Below, piece by piece: positions 18,676 to 31,089 of a stretch of 64,000 bases of DNA. The stretch is taken from the NCBI GenBank assembly GCA_001002135.1, contig LCLP01000001.1, positions 142,108 to 206,107 of the forward strand, given 5' to 3'. How positions within the stretch are numbered: position 1 is the stretch's first letter; the number at the start of each line of letters is the position of its first letter. The notes under the pieces are model-generated. The model worked only from the letters and a program-made list of their open reading frames with translations. It was not told where the DNA came from and made no database searches. The translations under genes were made by a program, and so were the position numbers. The stretch is from Candidatus Pacebacteria bacterium GW2011_GWA1_46_10. Its GTDB lineage: Bacteria; Patescibacteriota; Microgenomatia; UBA1400; PJMF01.

Positions 18676-21600
18676 ATGTCACAGTTGCAGCGAGAAAATT
18701 GGGGCAAGCCGCACAAAACCTTACCCCCTCTCGATCTTATTCAACTTCAAAGAGAAAGTTACCAATGGTTTCTCAGTCAGGGAATTAAGGAGTCGCTCCA
18801 AGAAGTGAATGGCGAAACAGGCATCGAAGACTTTACCGGTAAAAACTGGGTGCTTTCTTTTGCCAATCACCGTTTAGGTGAACCCAAATACACTCCCACT
18901 CAAGCGAAAGCTAAGGCAGTTTCCTATGATGTACCGCTCTATGCGCAGGCCACCCTGACCAACAAACGCACCGGTGAAGAACAGACTCAAGAGGTGTTTT
19001 TGGGTGATCTGCCGGTGATGACTGGTGTGGGCACTTTCATTATTAATGGGATTGAGCGGGCGATCATCACTCAGCTTGTGCGCTCGCCTGGAGTCTTTTT
19101 CTTGGGCGATGAAGATCCGAATAGCCGCCGAGTGTTATACCGTGCGGAGCTGCGGCCACTGCGTGGTTCATGGTTGGAGATGACGGTGGGGCGGCGTGAC
19201 GTGATTACGGTGAAGATTGACCGTCGCCGCAAGATGCCAGTGACGGTGTTACTGCGCGCCCTGGGTTATGAAACCAACGATGAAATGCTGGCACTTTTTA
19301 AAGATGTCACCAAACAAGATCAGTTCAATTTATTGGAAAATACTTTGAAAAAAGATGCCACCACCAATCAAGCTGAGGCCTTGATTGAGATTTATGAGAA
19401 GATGCGTCCAGGTGAACCAGCTGTCTTGGATACCGCCCGTGAGTACCTTTCTCAACTTTTCTTTGACTCCAAACGTTACGATCTGGCCCGAGTCGGTCGT
19501 TACAAACTCAATCGTCGCTTAAAGATCGACATCAAGGAAGACCAAACGGTGCTGACTCCAGAAGATGTGGTGGCAACAATCCGCTATTTGATTGATTTGC
19601 AAAATGGTAATGGTAAGGTGGATGACATTGATCACTTAAGTAATCGCCGCGTGCGCCGAGTGGGTGAGTTGGTGCAGACGGGTGCTTTTCGGATTGGATT
19701 AATCCGTTTGGAACGCTCGATCCGCGAGAAAATGTCTCTGACTAAAACCGATGAAACCTTGACTCCGGCGGCACTGGTTAACGCCCGACCACTGATTGCC
19801 ACGATCTCTGAGTTTTTCCGCCGCAACCGTTTGTCAGCCATTTTGGATCAGACTAATCCACTGTCAGAAATTGATAACCTGCGTCGTTTGTCGGTGATGG
19901 GTACGGGCGGTGTGACTCGTGAGCGCGCTTCTTTCTCCATGCGGGATATTAACGCTTCACAATACTCTCGGGTCGACCCTGTTCGTTCACCAGAGGGTCC
20001 AAACATCGGCTTGGTGACGTATTTAGCTCTTTATACCCAAGTGAATAAATATGGTTTTTTGGAGGCGCCGTATTTTGCTGTAGAGAAAAAAGGCAGCAAG
20101 ATGAAGATCAATTACGACCGCATTGTCTATATGTCTGCTGACGAGGAAGAGGATTATAAAATTACTCACGCTGGTATCAACATCGGCAAAGACGGTGTGT
20201 TGGAAGATGAGTGGGTGCCGATGCGCCACATGAATCAGTTTATTGAAGGGCCGGTAACTGACGTGCAGTACATCGACGTCGTACCACGCCAAGTGATTGG
20301 TACTTCAGCTGCGCTGATTCCGTTTATTGCTCATGACGAGGCCAACCGGGCTTTGATGGGGACGCATATGCAGTGTCAAGCAGTACCATTGGTTAAGCCG
20401 GTGGCGCCGATCGTGGGGACAGGGATGGAGGAGGCAGTGGCCATAGCGATGAATCGGACGATTGTCTCACCGTTTGCCGGGACAGTGGAATACGCTGATG
20501 CCAACAAAGTAGTGCTGAAACTCAACAAAAGTGAACACAAGGCCGCCGAGCAGTATTTTACACAGCACAGCAGTGAACACGTGGAATACGACAAGGGAGT
20601 GGTGACCTATCACATTATTAAGTTTGAGCGGACTTCACAAAGCACCTGTTATTCGCAGGTGGTGGCAGTAGATGCCGGTCAAAAAATTCAGGTTGGTGAC
20701 GTACTGATTGATGGACCCTCAGCTGATCATGGAGAATTGGCATTGGGGACGAACCTGTTGATTGCCTATGCGTCGTTTGACGGCTTGGGGTATGAAGACG
20801 CAGTGGTAATCTCTGATCGATTAGTCAAACAAGATACACTGACCTCGATTCAAATCGGTGAGCACAAAGCCAAAGTGATGGATACGCGGCTCGGCCCGGA
20901 AGAACTGACTAATGATATTCCCAATGTGAGCGAAGCTTTCTTAAGTAACTTGACAATGGAGGGCATTATCCGGGTTGGGAGCCAAGTCAATGCCGGTGAC
21001 ATTCTCGTTGGTAAAGTGGCCCCGAAAGGTGAAACCGAGCTGTCGCCGGAAGAGCGGTTACTGCGAGCAATTTTTGGTGAAAAATCCAAAGAAGTACGTG
21101 ATACCTCGATCCGGATGCCTCACGGCGAGAGTGGGACAGTGATTGATGTCCAGATTCTTGACCGTGACCTGGGCGATGAGCTTGATCCTGGCACTCTCAA
21201 AGAAGTGATTGTGCGGGTGGCTCAGATGCGCAAGATCCGGGTGGGTGACAAGCTGGCTGGTCGTCATGGTAACAAAGGCGTGATTTCCAAAATCGTGCCA
21301 GTGGCTGATATGCCGCATTTGGCTGATGGGACGCCGATCGATATTATCATTTCACCGCTCTCGGTGCTGGCTCGGATGAACTTAGGTCAACTATTGGAGG
21401 CACACCTCGGGTGGGCGGCCGACAAGCTGGGGTATCGAGTGGCGGTGCCAGCGTTTGAAAAGATTGATGAAGATCGAATTTGGAGTGAGTTGGAGCGGGC
21501 TGATTTGCCGGGTTCCGGTAAAGTACAGCTCTATGATGGTCGCACTGGTGAGCCGTTCCATGAACAAACGGTGGTGGGAATTGCCTATATGTTGAAGTTG

Positions 21601-22149
21601 TCACACATGGTGGAAGACAAAACTCACGCTCGTTCGACCGGTCCGTACTCATTGGTTACTCAACAACCACTGGGTGGTAAAGCGCAAATGGGTGGTCAGC
21701 GTCTTGGGGAAATGGAAGTGTGGGCGCTGGAAGCACACCGGGCAGCGCATATTTTGCAGGAGATGTTAACGATTAAATCAGATGATGTTCGCGGCCGAGC
21801 TAATGCGTTTGAGGCCATGGTGAAGGGTGAAGAGATCCCAGCGCCCAGTGTGCCGGAATCTTTTAAAGTCTTGATGCGTGAACTAAACTCACTCGGCCTT
21901 AAGGTAGTGCCGATTGATTCGCAGGAGGTGGAGGAAGAAGAAACCTCGGCCGGGCCGATTTCACCAGATGAGTTACCAGAGGACGTGGAAACAGAGGAGA
22001 CCGATGGAGGGGAGAGTGAGGATGATCAAGCCGGTAAGGAGGATCAAGATGAAGAAAATCCTGATTTAGAGTCAATAGACGAGACCGATGATGAATCAGT
22101 AGAAGAGGTCGAAGAAGCAGCAACAGACGAAAAAGGCGAAGACGCCTAA
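18676..22149 (+). CDS. rpoB: DNA-directed RNA polymerase subunit beta, with acidic C-terminal tail
   Basis: Conserved beta-subunit blocks are present throughout. The last ~85 aa are D/E-rich low-complexity sequence. Confidence 0.95.
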   Translation: MSQLQRENWGKPHKTLPPLDLIQLQRESYQWFLSQGIKESLQEVNGETGIEDFTGKNWVLSFANHRLGEPKYTPTQAKAKAVSYDVPLYAQATLTNKRTGEEQTQEVFLGDLPVMTGVGTFIINGIERAIITQLVRSPGVFFLGDEDPNSRRVLYRAELRPLRGSWLEMTVGRRDVITVKIDRRRKMPVTVLLRALGYETNDEMLALFKDVTKQDQFNLLENTLKKDATTNQAEALIEIYEKMRPGEPAVLDTAREYLSQLFFDSKRYDLARVGRYKLNRRLKIDIKEDQTVLTPEDVVATIRYLIDLQNGNGKVDDIDHLSNRRVRRVGELVQTGAFRIGLIRLERSIREKMSLTKTDETLTPAALVNARPLIATISEFFRRNRLSAILDQTNPLSEIDNLRRLSVMGTGGVTRERASFSMRDINASQYSRVDPVRSPEGPNIGLVTYLALYTQVNKYGFLEAPYFAVEKKGSKMKINYDRIVYMSADEEEDYKITHAGINIGKDGVLEDEWVPMRHMNQFIEGPVTDVQYIDVVPRQVIGTSAALIPFIAHDEANRALMGTHMQCQAVPLVKPVAPIVGTGMEEAVAIAMNRTIVSPFAGTVEYADANKVVLKLNKSEHKAAEQYFTQHSSEHVEYDKGVVTYHIIKFERTSQSTCYSQVVAVDAGQKIQVGDVLIDGPSADHGELALGTNLLIAYASFDGLGYEDAVVISDRLVKQDTLTSIQIGEHKAKVMDTRLGPEELTNDIPNVSEAFLSNLTMEGIIRVGSQVNAGDILVGKVAPKGETELSPEERLLRAIFGEKSKEVRDTSIRMPHGESGTVIDVQILDRDLGDELDPGTLKEVIVRVAQMRKIRVGDKLAGRHGNKGVISKIVPVADMPHLADGTPIDIIISPLSVLARMNLGQLLEAHLGWAADKLGYRVAVPAFEKIDEDRIWSELERADLPGSGKVQLYDGRTGEPFHEQTVVGIAYMLKLSHMVEDKTHARSTGPYSLVTQQPLGGKAQMGGQRLGEMEVWALEAHRAAHILQEMLTIKSDDVRGRANAFEAMVKGEEIPAPSVPESFKVLMRELNSLGLKVVPIDSQEVEEEETSAGPISPDELPEDVETEETDGGESEDDQAGKEDQDEENPDLESIDETDDESVEEVEEAATDEKGEDA

Positions 22150-22164
22150 AAAACAGGAAACCGT

Positions 22165-25100
22165 ATGAGAAATATTGTCGATTTTTCAGCTCTCCAAATT
22201 AGCATTGCCTCTCCCGAGGAAATCCTGTCGTGGTCCCATGGTGAAGTCAAGAAACCGGAAACAATTAACTATCGTTCACTCAAACCGGAAAAAGATGGTT
22301 TATTTGATGAAAAAATCTTCGGTCCGGTTAAAGACTACGAGTGTTACTGCGGTAAATACAAACGCATTCGCTATAAGGGTATTATCTGTGACAAGTGTGG
22401 TGTGGAGGTCACCCAATCCAAGGTCCGCCGTGAGCGCATGGCGCATATTGGCTTGGCCGCCTCAGTGGCCCACATTTGGTTCTTCAAAGGTGCGCCCTCG
22501 AAACTCTCACTCTTGCTGGGTATCTCGCCGCGCAACTTAAACTCGATTATGTACTTTTCCCAATACATTGTGTTGGGGGTGGATGAAGATCAGAAAAAAG
22601 AGGTCTTGGAAAAACTGGAGGTCAGCTTGACCGCGGCACTGGATGAATTGAAGAGCACTGCCGAAACTGATGTCAAGAAATTACAAGCACAATTAAAGAC
22701 TGATATTGCCACACTCAAGGAGAAAGTCAAAAACAAGGAGACTTTGCAATTGAAATTGGAAGAGCTTGAATTAAAGGCCAAGCAGAATATTAGCGCCGTC
22801 AAACAGCAACTTGATACTCAACTGGAGCAAACGACCGAGATTTTCAAGACCGTTAAAACCATGGTTAAAAAAATCAAGCGTAAGAGTGTCTTGAGTGAAG
22901 ATGAGTACCTGAAGTTGGATGAATATGACGCGGCAGAGCATCTGCGGGTTGGGATGGGGGCTGAAAGTATTTTTGAGTTGGTCAAAGAAATTGACATGGA
23001 CAGCTTGGTGGAGGCCCTGCGCTCCGAGATGATTGAAAGCAAGGGAGCCAAACGAGCCAAGGCCACCAAGCGTCTGCGGGTGGTGGAAGGCTTTAAGAAA
23101 GCCGGCATCAATCCTTCCTGGACGTTCCTCAATGTCTTGCCGGTGCTGCCGCCGGATCTACGGCCGATGGTTCAGTTATCTGGTGGCCGGTTTGCTTCAT
23201 CTGATTTGAATGATTTATATCGCCGGGTGATTAACCGCAATAACCGTTTAAAGCACCTCATTAATCTTGGCGCACCGGAAATTATTTTGCGTAACGAGAA
23301 ACGGATGCTGCAGGAGGCAGTTGATTCATTGATTGACAGTTCACAGGCGCGTCAAACTCGCCGCCGGGTCAGTCGCCGGCCACTGCGCTCACTCTCGGAA
23401 ATGCTGCGGGGCAAACAGGGTCGTTTCCGCCAGAACCTGTTGGGGAAGCGGGTTGACTACTCCGGCCGCAGTGTGATTGTGGTTGGTCCGGAACTGGAAC
23501 TCAATCAGTGTGGTCTGCCCAAAGACACGGCACTCGAGATCTTTAAGCCGTATGTGCTGCGCGAACTGATTGTTCAAGGAATAGCGCCAAATGTGAAAAG
23601 CGCTCGCCACCTAGTGGATCGCCGCGAACCGGAAGTGTATGACGTGTTGGAGAAGGTGACCACGAATCACCCGGTCATTTTGAACCGTGCTCCAACGCTT
23701 CATAAGCTCGGTATGCAGGCGTTCTACCCGCAACTTATCGAGGGTAGTGCCATCCGGTTGCACCCGTGTGTCTGTGCCGGTTACAACGCTGACTTTGACG
23801 GTGACCAAATGGCGGTGCACGTGCCATTGACCAAAGAGGCGCGTGAAGAGGCGGTTGAACTGATGATGTCTACCCACAACCTCTTGAAACCGGCCAACGG
23901 CGAACCGATCACGGTACCAAACAAAGATATGGCGATGGGTGTTTATTACTACACCACCATTGATGAGGAATTGGAAAAATTCCCGACGATTTTCTCCGCC
24001 AAAGACGAAGCTTATCACGCCTTCCAAATTGGATTAATCGGCCGGCGCCAGCTCATCACCGTGCGCTTGCCGGAACAGGGTCTGGTTGTTACCACTATTG
24101 GCCGGTTGTCCTTCAACGATTTATTACCAGCGGGTTCCGATTACATCAATGAGCCGGTCAGAGCCAAAGAAATTAAGGAATTGGTGACCCTGGCTATCGA
24201 GCAGCTCCCCGATGAAGAAGTGGCCCGGTTGATTGATGCCATTAAAAATCTCGGTTTTGACGCCGCCACGAATTCCGGTTTATCAGTGTCAGTGACCGAC
24301 TGCCGCATGATTGATGCCAAAGCAGAAATTATTGATTTGGCGAATAAGCGCGTGGAGCAAGTTCAGGAAAGTTACCAGAATGGTTTGATTACGGATGAAG
24401 AACGCCGCCGTAAATCGATTGAAGTGTGGATGGAAACGACTGACGAGTTGGCTGAAAAAACCTGGAACTCCTACACCGATAAAAATTCGGTCAAAATCAT
24501 GATTGATTCCGGCGGCACCCGTGCTTCCAAAGATCAGGTTAAACAGCTGGCAGCCATGCGGGGTTTGGTGGTTGATCCGTTGGGCAATATTGTGGAAATG
24601 CCGACGAAATCGAATTTCCGCCAAGGTTTGACGATCTTCGAATACGTCACTTCCGCTCGCGGTTCCCGCAAAGGTCTGACCGACTCGGCCATTAAAACTG
24701 CCGATGCCGGGTATCTTACTCGTCGTTTAAGTGACGTGGCTCATGACGCCATTATCCGGATTGAAGATTGTGAAACGACCAAGGGGGTAGAGGTCAGCAA
24801 GGCTACTCGCCGCGATTCTTTCTACAGTCGTATCTTAGGGAGATTTTTGGCGGAGGATGTGAAAGATGGTCGTAAGCATATCGCCAAAAAAGGTGATTTG
24901 GTTGATGCCAAATTGGCGCAAGTGATTGACCGAGCAGAAGGAGTGGAAACAGTAATAATCCGTTCGCCAATGACGTGCGAAGCTCGCAAGGGTTTGTGTC
25001 AGCACTGTTACGGTTGGGATTTTGCCACCCGTGAATTGGTCAGAGTCGGGGTGCCGGTGGGAGTGATTGCTGCTCAGTCGATCGGTGAGCCGGGGACTCA

Positions 25101-25851
25101 GTTGACGATGCGGGTGAAACACACCGGCGGTATTGTCGGTCTGGATGTGACGCAAGGTTTGCCACGGGTGGAGGAACTGCTGGAAGCACGGACGCCAAAA
25201 GTCCAGGCTATTGTGGCTAAAGTAGCCGGCAAGGTGAAACTGCAGGAGAGCGAGCATGAAAAGACGCTGATAATTCGCTCCACTTCAACTCCTTCGGAAG
25301 AGGAAAGCTATGTCGTGCCAACCGGGAAAACTTTGACTGTCTCAGACGGTGACTTGGTTCACCCAGGCCAGCTGCTCACTTCAGGTGGAGCGGATATTCA
25401 AGAACTGTTACAGCTGCAAGGCTTGGTCTATGCCCAGCAGCATATTGTCGATCAAGTCCAGCACGTCTATGAATCTCAAGGCATTGTTATCAATGATCGT
25501 CACTTTGAAGTGATTGCCCGCAAGATGGGTGACAAACTGCGTATTGAGATGAGTGGTGATACAGAATTCCTGACTGGTGAAATTGTCGAGCGCAGCCGCT
25601 TTATGGCGGTCAACGATGAAGCGATGGCAGCAGGCGGTCAGCCGGCCACGGCCAAAGTGCTACTGCTTGGCATTACTCGTTCGTCACTGTTCACTGATTC
25701 CTGGTTATCAGCGGCTTCATTCCAGCACACCAAACATGTACTGACTGACGCAGCCTCGGCCGGAAAGATTGATAATTTGGAAGGGTTGAAGGAAAACGTC
25801 ATCATCGGTCGGTTGATCCCTACCAGCGAAGAAAGAGCCAGAGATATTTAA
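22165..25851 (+). CDS. rpoC: DNA-directed RNA polymerase subunit beta'
   Basis: Zn-finger [20 protein letters not shown], the catalytic NADFDGD motif and a trigger loop are present. There is an enlarged coiled-coil insertion after the Zn finger. Confidence 0.95.
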   Translation: MRNIVDFSALQISIASPEEILSWSHGEVKKPETINYRSLKPEKDGLFDEKIFGPVKDYECYCGKYKRIRYKGIICDKCGVEVTQSKVRRERMAHIGLAASVAHIWFFKGAPSKLSLLLGISPRNLNSIMYFSQYIVLGVDEDQKKEVLEKLEVSLTAALDELKSTAETDVKKLQAQLKTDIATLKEKVKNKETLQLKLEELELKAKQNISAVKQQLDTQLEQTTEIFKTVKTMVKKIKRKSVLSEDEYLKLDEYDAAEHLRVGMGAESIFELVKEIDMDSLVEALRSEMIESKGAKRAKATKRLRVVEGFKKAGINPSWTFLNVLPVLPPDLRPMVQLSGGRFASSDLNDLYRRVINRNNRLKHLINLGAPEIILRNEKRMLQEAVDSLIDSSQARQTRRRVSRRPLRSLSEMLRGKQGRFRQNLLGKRVDYSGRSVIVVGPELELNQCGLPKDTALEIFKPYVLRELIVQGIAPNVKSARHLVDRREPEVYDVLEKVTTNHPVILNRAPTLHKLGMQAFYPQLIEGSAIRLHPCVCAGYNADFDGDQMAVHVPLTKEAREEAVELMMSTHNLLKPANGEPITVPNKDMAMGVYYYTTIDEELEKFPTIFSAKDEAYHAFQIGLIGRRQLITVRLPEQGLVVTTIGRLSFNDLLPAGSDYINEPVRAKEIKELVTLAIEQLPDEEVARLIDAIKNLGFDAATNSGLSVSVTDCRMIDAKAEIIDLANKRVEQVQESYQNGLITDEERRRKSIEVWMETTDELAEKTWNSYTDKNSVKIMIDSGGTRASKDQVKQLAAMRGLVVDPLGNIVEMPTKSNFRQGLTIFEYVTSARGSRKGLTDSAIKTADAGYLTRRLSDVAHDAIIRIEDCETTKGVEVSKATRRDSFYSRILGRFLAEDVKDGRKHIAKKGDLVDAKLAQVIDRAEGVETVIIRSPMTCEARKGLCQHCYGWDFATRELVRVGVPVGVIAAQSIGEPGTQLTMRVKHTGGIVGLDVTQGLPRVEELLEARTPKVQAIVAKVAGKVKLQESEHEKTLIIRSTSTPSEEESYVVPTGKTLTVSDGDLVHPGQLLTSGGADIQELLQLQGLVYAQQHIVDQVQHVYESQGIVINDRHFEVIARKMGDKLRIEMSGDTEFLTGEIVERSRFMAVNDEAMAAGGQPATAKVLLLGITRSSLFTDSWLSAASFQHTKHVLTDAASAGKIDNLEGLKENVIIGRLIPTSEERARDI

Positions 25852-25857
25852 CAGGTA

Positions 25858-25866
25858 TGTTACAAT
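25858..25866 (+). promoter_or_regulatory. Candidate extended -10 element (TGT-TACAAT) for the rpsL-rpsG-fusA operon
   Basis: TATGTTACAAT lies ~45 nt upstream of the rpsL ATG and overlaps the rpoC stop. There is no good -35. Confidence 0.35.
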
Positions 25867-25907
25867 CCCAAGATCAAAATTGGGAAAGAAAGATATAATA
25901 CAAACAA

Positions 25908-26321
25908 ATGCCAACCATTAATCAACTCGTCAGAAAAGGTGGTCGCACTCGCCGTTTATCTCGAGTCAAGGCTACAGCGCTACGGCGCAGTTTTAACTCA
26001 CTGACGAACCGACCGGTGAAAACGACTAACCCGATGAAGCGGGGAGTGTGTACTGTGGTCAAGACTATGACACCAAAAAAGCCAAACTCGGCGTTGCGGA
26101 AAGTGGCTCGGGTCCGTTTATCCAATCGGATGGAAGTGACGGCCTACATCATGGGTGAAGGCCACAACTTGGCTGAACACAGTGTGGTGATGGTCCGTGG
26201 TGGTCGGGTTAAAGATCTTCCTGGTGTGAAATACCATATTGTCCGGGGTAAATATGACACTGCCGGTGTTGATAACCGCCAGTCGAGCCGCAGTAAATAC
26301 GGAGTGAAACGAGCCAAGTAA
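25908..26321 (+). CDS. rpsL: 30S ribosomal protein S12
   Basis: Recognised as S12 over its full length ([18 protein letters not shown]). Confidence 0.95.
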   Translation: MPTINQLVRKGGRTRRLSRVKATALRRSFNSLTNRPVKTTNPMKRGVCTVVKTMTPKKPNSALRKVARVRLSNRMEVTAYIMGEGHNLAEHSVVMVRGGRVKDLPGVKYHIVRGKYDTAGVDNRQSSRSKYGVKRAK

Positions 26322-26324
26322 ACT

Positions 26325-26801
26325 ATGAGGACCAAGCAAGCCAAACTGCGAGCAGTGTCGGCAGACCCGAAGTATGGGTCAACTTTGATATCTCAACTGA
26401 TTAATCGTTCGATGGTTGATGGCAAAAAAACTGTGGCCCAAAAGCATGTGTACACTGCCTTGGAAATGGTGGCGCAGAAAACCAAGCAAAAACCGCTGGA
26501 AGTACTTGAATCAGCCCTGCGCAATATTACCCCGCAGATGGAAGTGCGCACCCGCCGAGTGGGGGGAGCTTCTTATCAGGTGCCGATGCCGGTGCGTACT
26601 CGCCGTGGTTTCTCGCTGGCGGTGCGTTGGTTGGTGATTGAGGCTAACAAGCGCCCAAATAAAGAGTTTCACACCTATTCAGAGAAGCTGGCGGCTGAGA
26701 TCCTGTCGGCTGTCGACAACACGGGTGGAGCGATCGAGAAAAAGTTAACTTCCCACCGAATGGCAGAAGCGAACAAAGCATTTTCACATTTCCGTTGGTA
26801 A
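26325..26801 (+). CDS. rpsG: 30S ribosomal protein S7
   Basis: Recognised as S7 over its full length. Confidence 0.95.
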   Translation: MRTKQAKLRAVSADPKYGSTLISQLINRSMVDGKKTVAQKHVYTALEMVAQKTKQKPLEVLESALRNITPQMEVRTRRVGGASYQVPMPVRTRRGFSLAVRWLVIEANKRPNKEFHTYSEKLAAEILSAVDNTGGAIEKKLTSHRMAEANKAFSHFRW

Positions 26802-26875
26802 ACACTACCCTGGCACGTTTAAGAACTGCCATTCAAAACGAAAAGTATTATTTTATTTAAAACAACCAAAACGTC

Positions 26876-29011
26876 ATGTCTGAAAAAAGCGCCAATAAGC
26901 AAGTCCCGCTGGAGCGTGTCCGAAACATCGGCATTATCGCTCATATTGACGCGGGCAAAACGACCACCACGGAACGGATTTTGTTTTACACTGGTCGCAC
27001 CTACAAGATCGGCGAGGTCCACGAGGGTGAGGCGACGATGGACTGGATGGAGCAGGAAAAAGAGCGGGGGATCACGATTGTTTCGGCCGCGACCACTACT
27101 TTTTGGACACCGTACTTTGAGGGTCATCTCCCGAAGGCTGAATACCGATTCAATATTATTGATACTCCAGGTCACGTCGATTTTACTGCTGAGGTGGAGC
27201 GGTCACTGCGGGTTTTGGATGGCGGTATTACTGTTTTGGATGCCTCCGAAGGAGTGCAGTCACAGTCAGAAACAGTCTGGCGTCAGGCCGACAAATACAA
27301 TGTACCTCGTATCTGTTTCGTTAACAAAATGGATAAACTCGGCGCTGATTTCTTGGCCACGGTTGAGGATATTCGCACCAAGTTTGGCGTGAAGCCGGCG
27401 GTGATGGTGCTGCCAATGGGAGCGGAGAATAATTTCAAGGGTGTGATTCAGCTGTTGGAGCGCCAGGCGCTCTTTTGGAAAGATACAGCGGCTGATACAG
27501 AACCAACCGTGCAGGATATTCCGGAAGAGTACCGAGCTCAGGTTGAAGAACTGCGTGCTCAGTTAATTGAATCGATTGCTGAAACTGATGACAAATTAAT
27601 GGAAAAATTCTTAAACGAACAGGAGATGGAAATCAATGAATTGAAAATGGCGCTGCGCAAAGCAGTTATTAATTATCAATTAGTACCGATCTTGGCCGGT
27701 TCTTCGCTCAAAAATACCGGCATTCAACCATTACTGGATGCAGTGGTGGAATATTTGCCTTCACCAGTCGACATTGATGAAGTAAAGGGGACAAAACCAG
27801 GGACTGATGAAGAGGTAGTCAGAAAGCTGGTGCCAGAAGAAAAATTTGCCGGATTGGCATTTAAAATTCAAACTGATCCGCACGTCGGAAAATTGACGTA
27901 TGTTCGTGTTTATTCAGGCACACTGAAAGCGGGCAGCTATGCGTACAACGCCACGCGCGATGAAAAAGAACGGGTGGGGCGCTTACTGTTGATGCACGCC
28001 AACCAGCGTGAAGAGATCAGTGAAGCCCGGGCCGGTGAGATCGTGGCAGTGGTAGGACTTCGCGCCACCAAGACTGGTGATACCTTGGCTGATGAAAGTG
28101 AGCCGATTATTTTGGAAGGGATTACTTTTGCTGAACCAGTGATCAGCTTGGCCATTGAACCAAAGACTAAGGCCGACCAGGAGAAAATGGGCTTGGCACT
28201 CAATAAGTTGTCCGAGGAAGATCCGACATTTAATATTAAGGTTAATCATGAAACTGGCCAAACTATTATTGGTGGCATGGGTGAACTACACCTGGAGATT
28301 ATTGTGGACCGGATGAAGCGTGAGTTTCATGTCGCGGCCAATGTCGGTGCGCCACAAGTGGCGTATCGTGAAACGATTACCAAGCCGGCTGAAGGTGAAG
28401 GCAAGTACATCAAGCAAACTGGTGGTCGCGGTCAGTACGGTCATGTTTTACTCAGGATTGAACCAAAAGACCGAGGCACTGGGTATGAGTTTGTGGATGA
28501 GATCACCGGCGGAGTAGTGCCGCGTGAATACATCGAACCGGTGAATAAAGGGGTTCAGGAATCATTGGAGCGCGGGTTTTTGGCTGGCTATCCCATGACT
28601 GATCTGCAGGTAGCGCTCTATGACGGTTCGTATCACGAGGTGGACTCCAGTGAGTTGGCTTTTAAAATGGCCGGCTCTTTAGGTCTTCGCGAGGCGGTTA
28701 AAAATGCCGGTATGGTCTTGTTGGAGCCGATCATGAAGCTGGAAGTGACTAGTCCGGAAAACTTCATGGGTGATGTGATTGGGGATTTGGGTGGTCGGCG
28801 CGCCCAGATTCAGGGCACCACTACTAGAGGAAATGTGGTTATTATTACAGCACTCGTGCCGTTGGCAGAGATGCAGGGCTATGTTACAATTCTAAGGAGC
28901 ATGACCCAAGGGCGTGCTAGTAGTGTATTGCTCCCAAGTCACTACGACGAAGTACCCAAGAGCATTACTGACAAGATCGTGGCAGAACGCGAAGGCACAC
29001 ATCGACGGTAA
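26876..29011 (+). CDS. fusA: Elongation factor G
   Basis: G-domain motifs [17 protein letters not shown] and NKMD are present, with domains II-V recognisable. Confidence 0.95.
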   Translation: MSEKSANKQVPLERVRNIGIIAHIDAGKTTTTERILFYTGRTYKIGEVHEGEATMDWMEQEKERGITIVSAATTTFWTPYFEGHLPKAEYRFNIIDTPGHVDFTAEVERSLRVLDGGITVLDASEGVQSQSETVWRQADKYNVPRICFVNKMDKLGADFLATVEDIRTKFGVKPAVMVLPMGAENNFKGVIQLLERQALFWKDTAADTEPTVQDIPEEYRAQVEELRAQLIESIAETDDKLMEKFLNEQEMEINELKMALRKAVINYQLVPILAGSSLKNTGIQPLLDAVVEYLPSPVDIDEVKGTKPGTDEEVVRKLVPEEKFAGLAFKIQTDPHVGKLTYVRVYSGTLKAGSYAYNATRDEKERVGRLLLMHANQREEISEARAGEIVAVVGLRATKTGDTLADESEPIILEGITFAEPVISLAIEPKTKADQEKMGLALNKLSEEDPTFNIKVNHETGQTIIGGMGELHLEIIVDRMKREFHVAANVGAPQVAYRETITKPAEGEGKYIKQTGGRGQYGHVLLRIEPKDRGTGYEFVDEITGGVVPREYIEPVNKGVQESLERGFLAGYPMTDLQVALYDGSYHEVDSSELAFKMAGSLGLREAVKNAGMVLLEPIMKLEVTSPENFMGDVIGDLGGRRAQIQGTTTRGNVVIITALVPLAEMQGYVTILRSMTQGRASSVLLPSHYDEVPKSITDKIVAEREGTHRR

Positions 29012-29041
29012 GTATCAGTAATTAAAATAGAGGAAGAATAC

Positions 29042-29218
29042 ATGTCAGAAGAAAAAGATCATGGCCATATGGCGGACAGAACCGATATTGCTAAAGCAAA
29101 AGAAGCTTTAGCCAAGTTGCGGTTGAAGCAAGAAGGGAGACAAGTTACTCCTGCTGGGGTTGCTGAAACAATTTCCGAAACAGAACAGAATAAGGGAGAA
29201 GCTCGTTACGAGGACTAA
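29042..29218 (+). CDS. Candidate small protein (58 aa) between fusA and tuf
   Basis: ATG is preceded by the RBS GAGGAAG at a 6-nt spacing. Translates to MSEEKDHGHMADRTDIAKAKEALAKLRLKQEGRQVTPAGVAETISETEQNKGEARYED. It falls below the ORF-track length cutoff. Confidence 0.4.
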   Translation: MSEEKDHGHMADRTDIAKAKEALAKLRLKQEGRQVTPAGVAETISETEQNKGEARYED

Positions 29219-29259
29219 AATTAGTAATTAATTAGTAAAAATATTATTTAAAGGAAACT

Positions 29260-30450
<1,191 letters not shown>

Positions 30451-30476
30451 TTGATCTCTTGATAAACAAAAGAAAA

Positions 30477-30502
30477 CCCCCCGATTCTATCGGGGGGTTT
30501 TT
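30477..30502 (+). terminator. Rho-independent terminator after tuf
   Basis: Stem CCCCCCGAT / ATCGGGGGG with a 3-nt loop, followed by TTTTT. Confidence 0.85.
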
Positions 30503-30504
30503 GG

Positions 30505-30533
30505 TTGAGTCTTTTCTGTACCTCTGGTATAAT
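30505..30533 (+). promoter_or_regulatory. Candidate promoter for the S10 operon (TTGAGT-17-TG-TATAAT)
   Basis: -35 at 30505-30510 and extended -10 TGGTATAAT at 30525-30533. The same 9-mer occurs upstream of infA. Confidence 0.45.
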
Positions 30534-30729
30534 TAGTACTTCGCCCCGCCACGGCGGGGCCAGACGGGATGAATGGGGCAAAACTCCCCAAACTCCTGGT
30601 TTGTGCTATACATGAGGCGTCTTGTCGAGTATAATCACGCTTTATGTTTTGGATACCTCTGGTGTTCCAGAGGAAAAAGTTGTTGGTTCCCCGACTTTGA
30701 TCGGGGGACGAACCGATAACAAGTAAATT
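30534..30729 (+). promoter_or_regulatory. Structured S10-operon leader (multiple GC-rich hairpins)
   Basis: Hairpins GCCCCGCC-ACG-GGCGGGGC (30542-30561), TGGGGCAAAACTCCCCA, CCTCTGGTGTTCCAGAGG and CCCCGACTTTGATCGGGGG lie in the ~200-nt 5' UTR before rpsJ. Confidence 0.4.
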
Positions 30730-31059
30730 ATGGCGAAAACGAATAGTACACAAGGTGTGTATAAAATCCGCGTCCGGCTCAAATCGTATGACCACCGAGT
30801 GATCGATGAAGCCAGCCGCAAGATTTTACAAACTGCTTTGTCTACGGGAGCGAAAGTGGTGGGGCCAGTGCCTTTGCCAACCCATCGCAAGTCGTTTACA
30901 GTCTTGACCTCACCCAACGCGGATAAAAACGCCCAGGAACATTACGAGATCAGGACGCACAAACGGTTGATCGAGATTATTAATCCGACTAATAAGACGA
31001 TTGACTCCCTGATGCATTTGGAGTTGCCCGCTGGGGTAGATATCCAAATCAAGATGTAA
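30730..31059 (+). CDS. rpsJ: 30S ribosomal protein S10
   Basis: Recognised as S10 over its full length. Confidence 0.95.
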   Translation: MAKTNSTQGVYKIRVRLKSYDHRVIDEASRKILQTALSTGAKVVGPVPLPTHRKSFTVLTSPNADKNAQEHYEIRTHKRLIEIINPTNKTIDSLMHLELPAGVDIQIKM

Positions 31060-31089
31060 CCATTCCTTTTTGCCAGCTTTTGAACGACT

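Noticed and set aside
19632-25283. Numerous 60-140-aa ORFs on the minus strand, or in alternative frames, within rpoB and rpoC (and similarly within fusA, tuf and r-protein genes).
   Set aside because: They are embedded antisense or out of frame in highly conserved genes and lack RBSs. They are typical shadow ORFs.
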